The translations under genes and the position numbers were made by a program. The notes under the pieces were generated by a model. The model did not search any database. It worked only from the letters and a program-made list of their open reading frames with translations, and was not told where the DNA came from. A stretch of 63,994 nt of DNA, filler included, from Octopus bimaculoides (lineage: Eukaryota): the NCBI RefSeq assembly GCF_001194135.2. It is 6 parts of 6 records of this genome, joined end to end, with 100 filler letters (N's around TTAATTAATTAA, not from the genome) between each part and the next. Parts side by side here need not be neighbours in the genome. Positions count along the whole stretch, not along the records: positions 62,143 to 63,994 come from NW_026302150.1; 5 more parts are not named here. One strand, 5' to 3'. Of the stretch, positions 62,143-63,994 are shown piece by piece (position 1 is the first letter of the stretch; each line of letters opens with the position of its first letter).

Positions 62143-63195
62143 ATTTCAAAGAAATTCAAACAATACATATTAGACCCAAGTTAAAAAGATTCACAACAAT
62201 TCAACTTCTCTGGTTGACATTAACACACCCAGCCCCAATAGAGGCCTTAACTCCCACATTTTTCAGATCCATGAGCTCCATTTTTCAGGAGCAAAATCCT
62301 TTTTACAGGGTCCATAACACTGGAATTTTGGAATGTGCACATAAATATCAGATATATAAAGATGAGAATGTGTATCTGTGTGAATCCCTAAAACTCGAGA
62401 ACTACACAACCAATTTCATTCCAAATTTACACATGCCTTACTTAGGGTTGATGTAGTGTCTTAGGCTAAAAAAATTTCTAACTTCTTGCATAGTTCGAGC
62501 CCACAGCAGTATCATATCTCCTCCACTATTTCCATATTACATGTCAAAAGTGAAACAATAACATCATTCTACTGTAATGTCAGAAACTTTCACTTTTACA
62601 CTGAAACTATTCCACTATTTCAGTATTACGTGTCAAAAGTGAAACGATAACATGTCGCTCCTGTAATTTCAAATATTTTCAATTTCATACTGAGACTATT
62701 AAAGTGAAACTAAACTCTCACATATATACAGACATACTATAAGACCCAAGTTAAAAACATTCCCAACAATTCAACTTCTCTGGTTGACATTAACACACCC
62801 ACCCCCAATAGGGGCCTTCATTCCCAGATTTTAGAGCTCCATGAGCTCCATTTTTCAGGGGCAACATCCTTTTTACAGGTTCCAGAAGACTGAAATTTTG
62901 GAATATGCGCATAAANNNNNNNNNNGAATATGTGCATAAAGATTAATAGTATGGGATACATGTCTCATGATTAGATTTTTGTTAGGGTGTGTAAAGAGGG
63001 AAAGAACCCTCATGTGCAATTTTGATGAAATTCGAATCATATCAATTCCAGTTCCTTACAGGAAATATAAGAGAAAAGTCTCATCNNNNNNNNNNATTCG
63101 AATCATATCAATTCCAGTTCCTTACAGGAAATATAAGAGAAAAGTCTCATCCTTCAATTGCATGTAACACGGGCAACGCCGGGTATCTCTGCTAG
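62143..63195 (+). mobile_element. Non-autonomous Helitron-like element (3' end visible; 5' end probably in the gap)
   Basis: Ends CACGGGCAACGCCGGGTATCTCTG-CTAG|T (GC-rich subterminal motif, CTAG, then T). Internal ~180-bp direct repeat (about 62170 and 62741) and ~85-bp tandem repeat (62510-62690). Confidence 0.65.
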
Positions 63196-63716
63196 TATTG
63201 TTATAAATATCTTTCAATACAGTATTTGCTCTTAAGGAATGGAATTTTTGTATGAAGATTTATTAGAACTAAGTGTTGTTGTTTAGCCCTAGGTAAGCTC
63301 GAGGAGCAGAGCTTCGATCAAAAACATTCAAGCGGTAATGACGCTATTTTCTTTCTTTCTTTTTTTTTAAATAGTGTATCATAGACTACTTTATTCAATA
63401 TATCATTTTAAAAAAACAAAAAGGCGTGGGTGGGGTGGGGGTGGGGGGCGAAACATTACAATGGCTCTTTTTGAAAGAAATTTGGTTGCTCTTTTGGTCA
63501 AACTATAGCATCTGACCCGGTGACAAGAATAAAAAAAGATAGTCTAATAGGTGTAAAACATCTTGCTGAGAACGAATATGAAGAAAAAATGCGCGCTCGC
63601 GAACGGGGGTGAGGAGAGGGCTGTTTAATTTCGGGCTCCAGATCACTGATAAAATAATTTTTACATTCAAAGCTATTCTATGGACGTTATAAAAAAAAAC
63701 ATACAATGCAACACAT

Positions 63717-63994
63717 CTAATGTAAAATAAAGAACATGGGTTTAATATGAAAAACCTGCTCAAGGGCTGCCTCAGATGTTCCCCTCTGATTACTATCCGG
63801 TTTACCTGTTATATGGGTCTCTGAGCATGCTTTGCACTGCACATGAGGACATACTATATTCAACTGACATTTAACAGTGTAATCTATTGGCCTACTCCAC
63901 TTTGCTCTTAGAGTAAACAGCATTGCTTGGAATTCAGGACTCCGTTCAGCGAATGGTACCTGGACAATGTGACCATAGATGGGCCAGTAGAGAA
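63717..63994 (-). other. Open frame running off the window edge; unassigned (EnSpm/CACTA-like fragment or host exon)
   Basis: LYWPIYGHIVQVPFAERSPEFQAMLFTLRAKWSRPIDYTVKCQ..; WPIY..I..VP..ER loosely resembles animal EnSpm transposase WP.Y..I.ELP..ER. Confidence 0.3.

Overview
Animal genomic DNA, not prokaryotic. It is AT-rich, dense in microsatellites and broken by N-gaps. The SINE, RTE-tail and microsatellite landscape looks like an octopus draft assembly (inference from memory of such repeats, not a search). Most ORF-track entries are translations of simple repeats or gaps. The coding signal I can support lies on the minus strand in two groups. (1) Four spliceable exons at 52.9-61.1 kb encode a coiled-coil then Ser/Thr-rich protein; one exon resembles the DUF4482-type segment of SOGA/MTCL1/KIAA0408 proteins. 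(2) Two phase-compatible exons at 18.5 and 21.0 kb encode divergent, N-glycosylated Ig-like domains, with weaker candidate exons at 24-25 kb. The rest is a dense mobilome: Tc1/mariner copies, pogo/Tigger-like and piggyBac-like MITEs, a non-autonomous Helitron end, a solo LTR with a 4-bp TSD, R4/Dong-like RLE LINEs, CR1/L2 and RTE remnants, about four tRNA-SINE families and many Penelope-like element (PLE) remnants. The most notable non-coding pattern is a dispersed set of hammerhead-ribozyme-like motifs (CTGANGA-hairpin-GAAAC-short or palindromic stem III-GTH) in PLE terminal-repeat-like sequence. There are also several long fold-back hairpins. I see no rRNA, genuine tRNA or CRISPR array, and nothing I can claim as a wholly new system.
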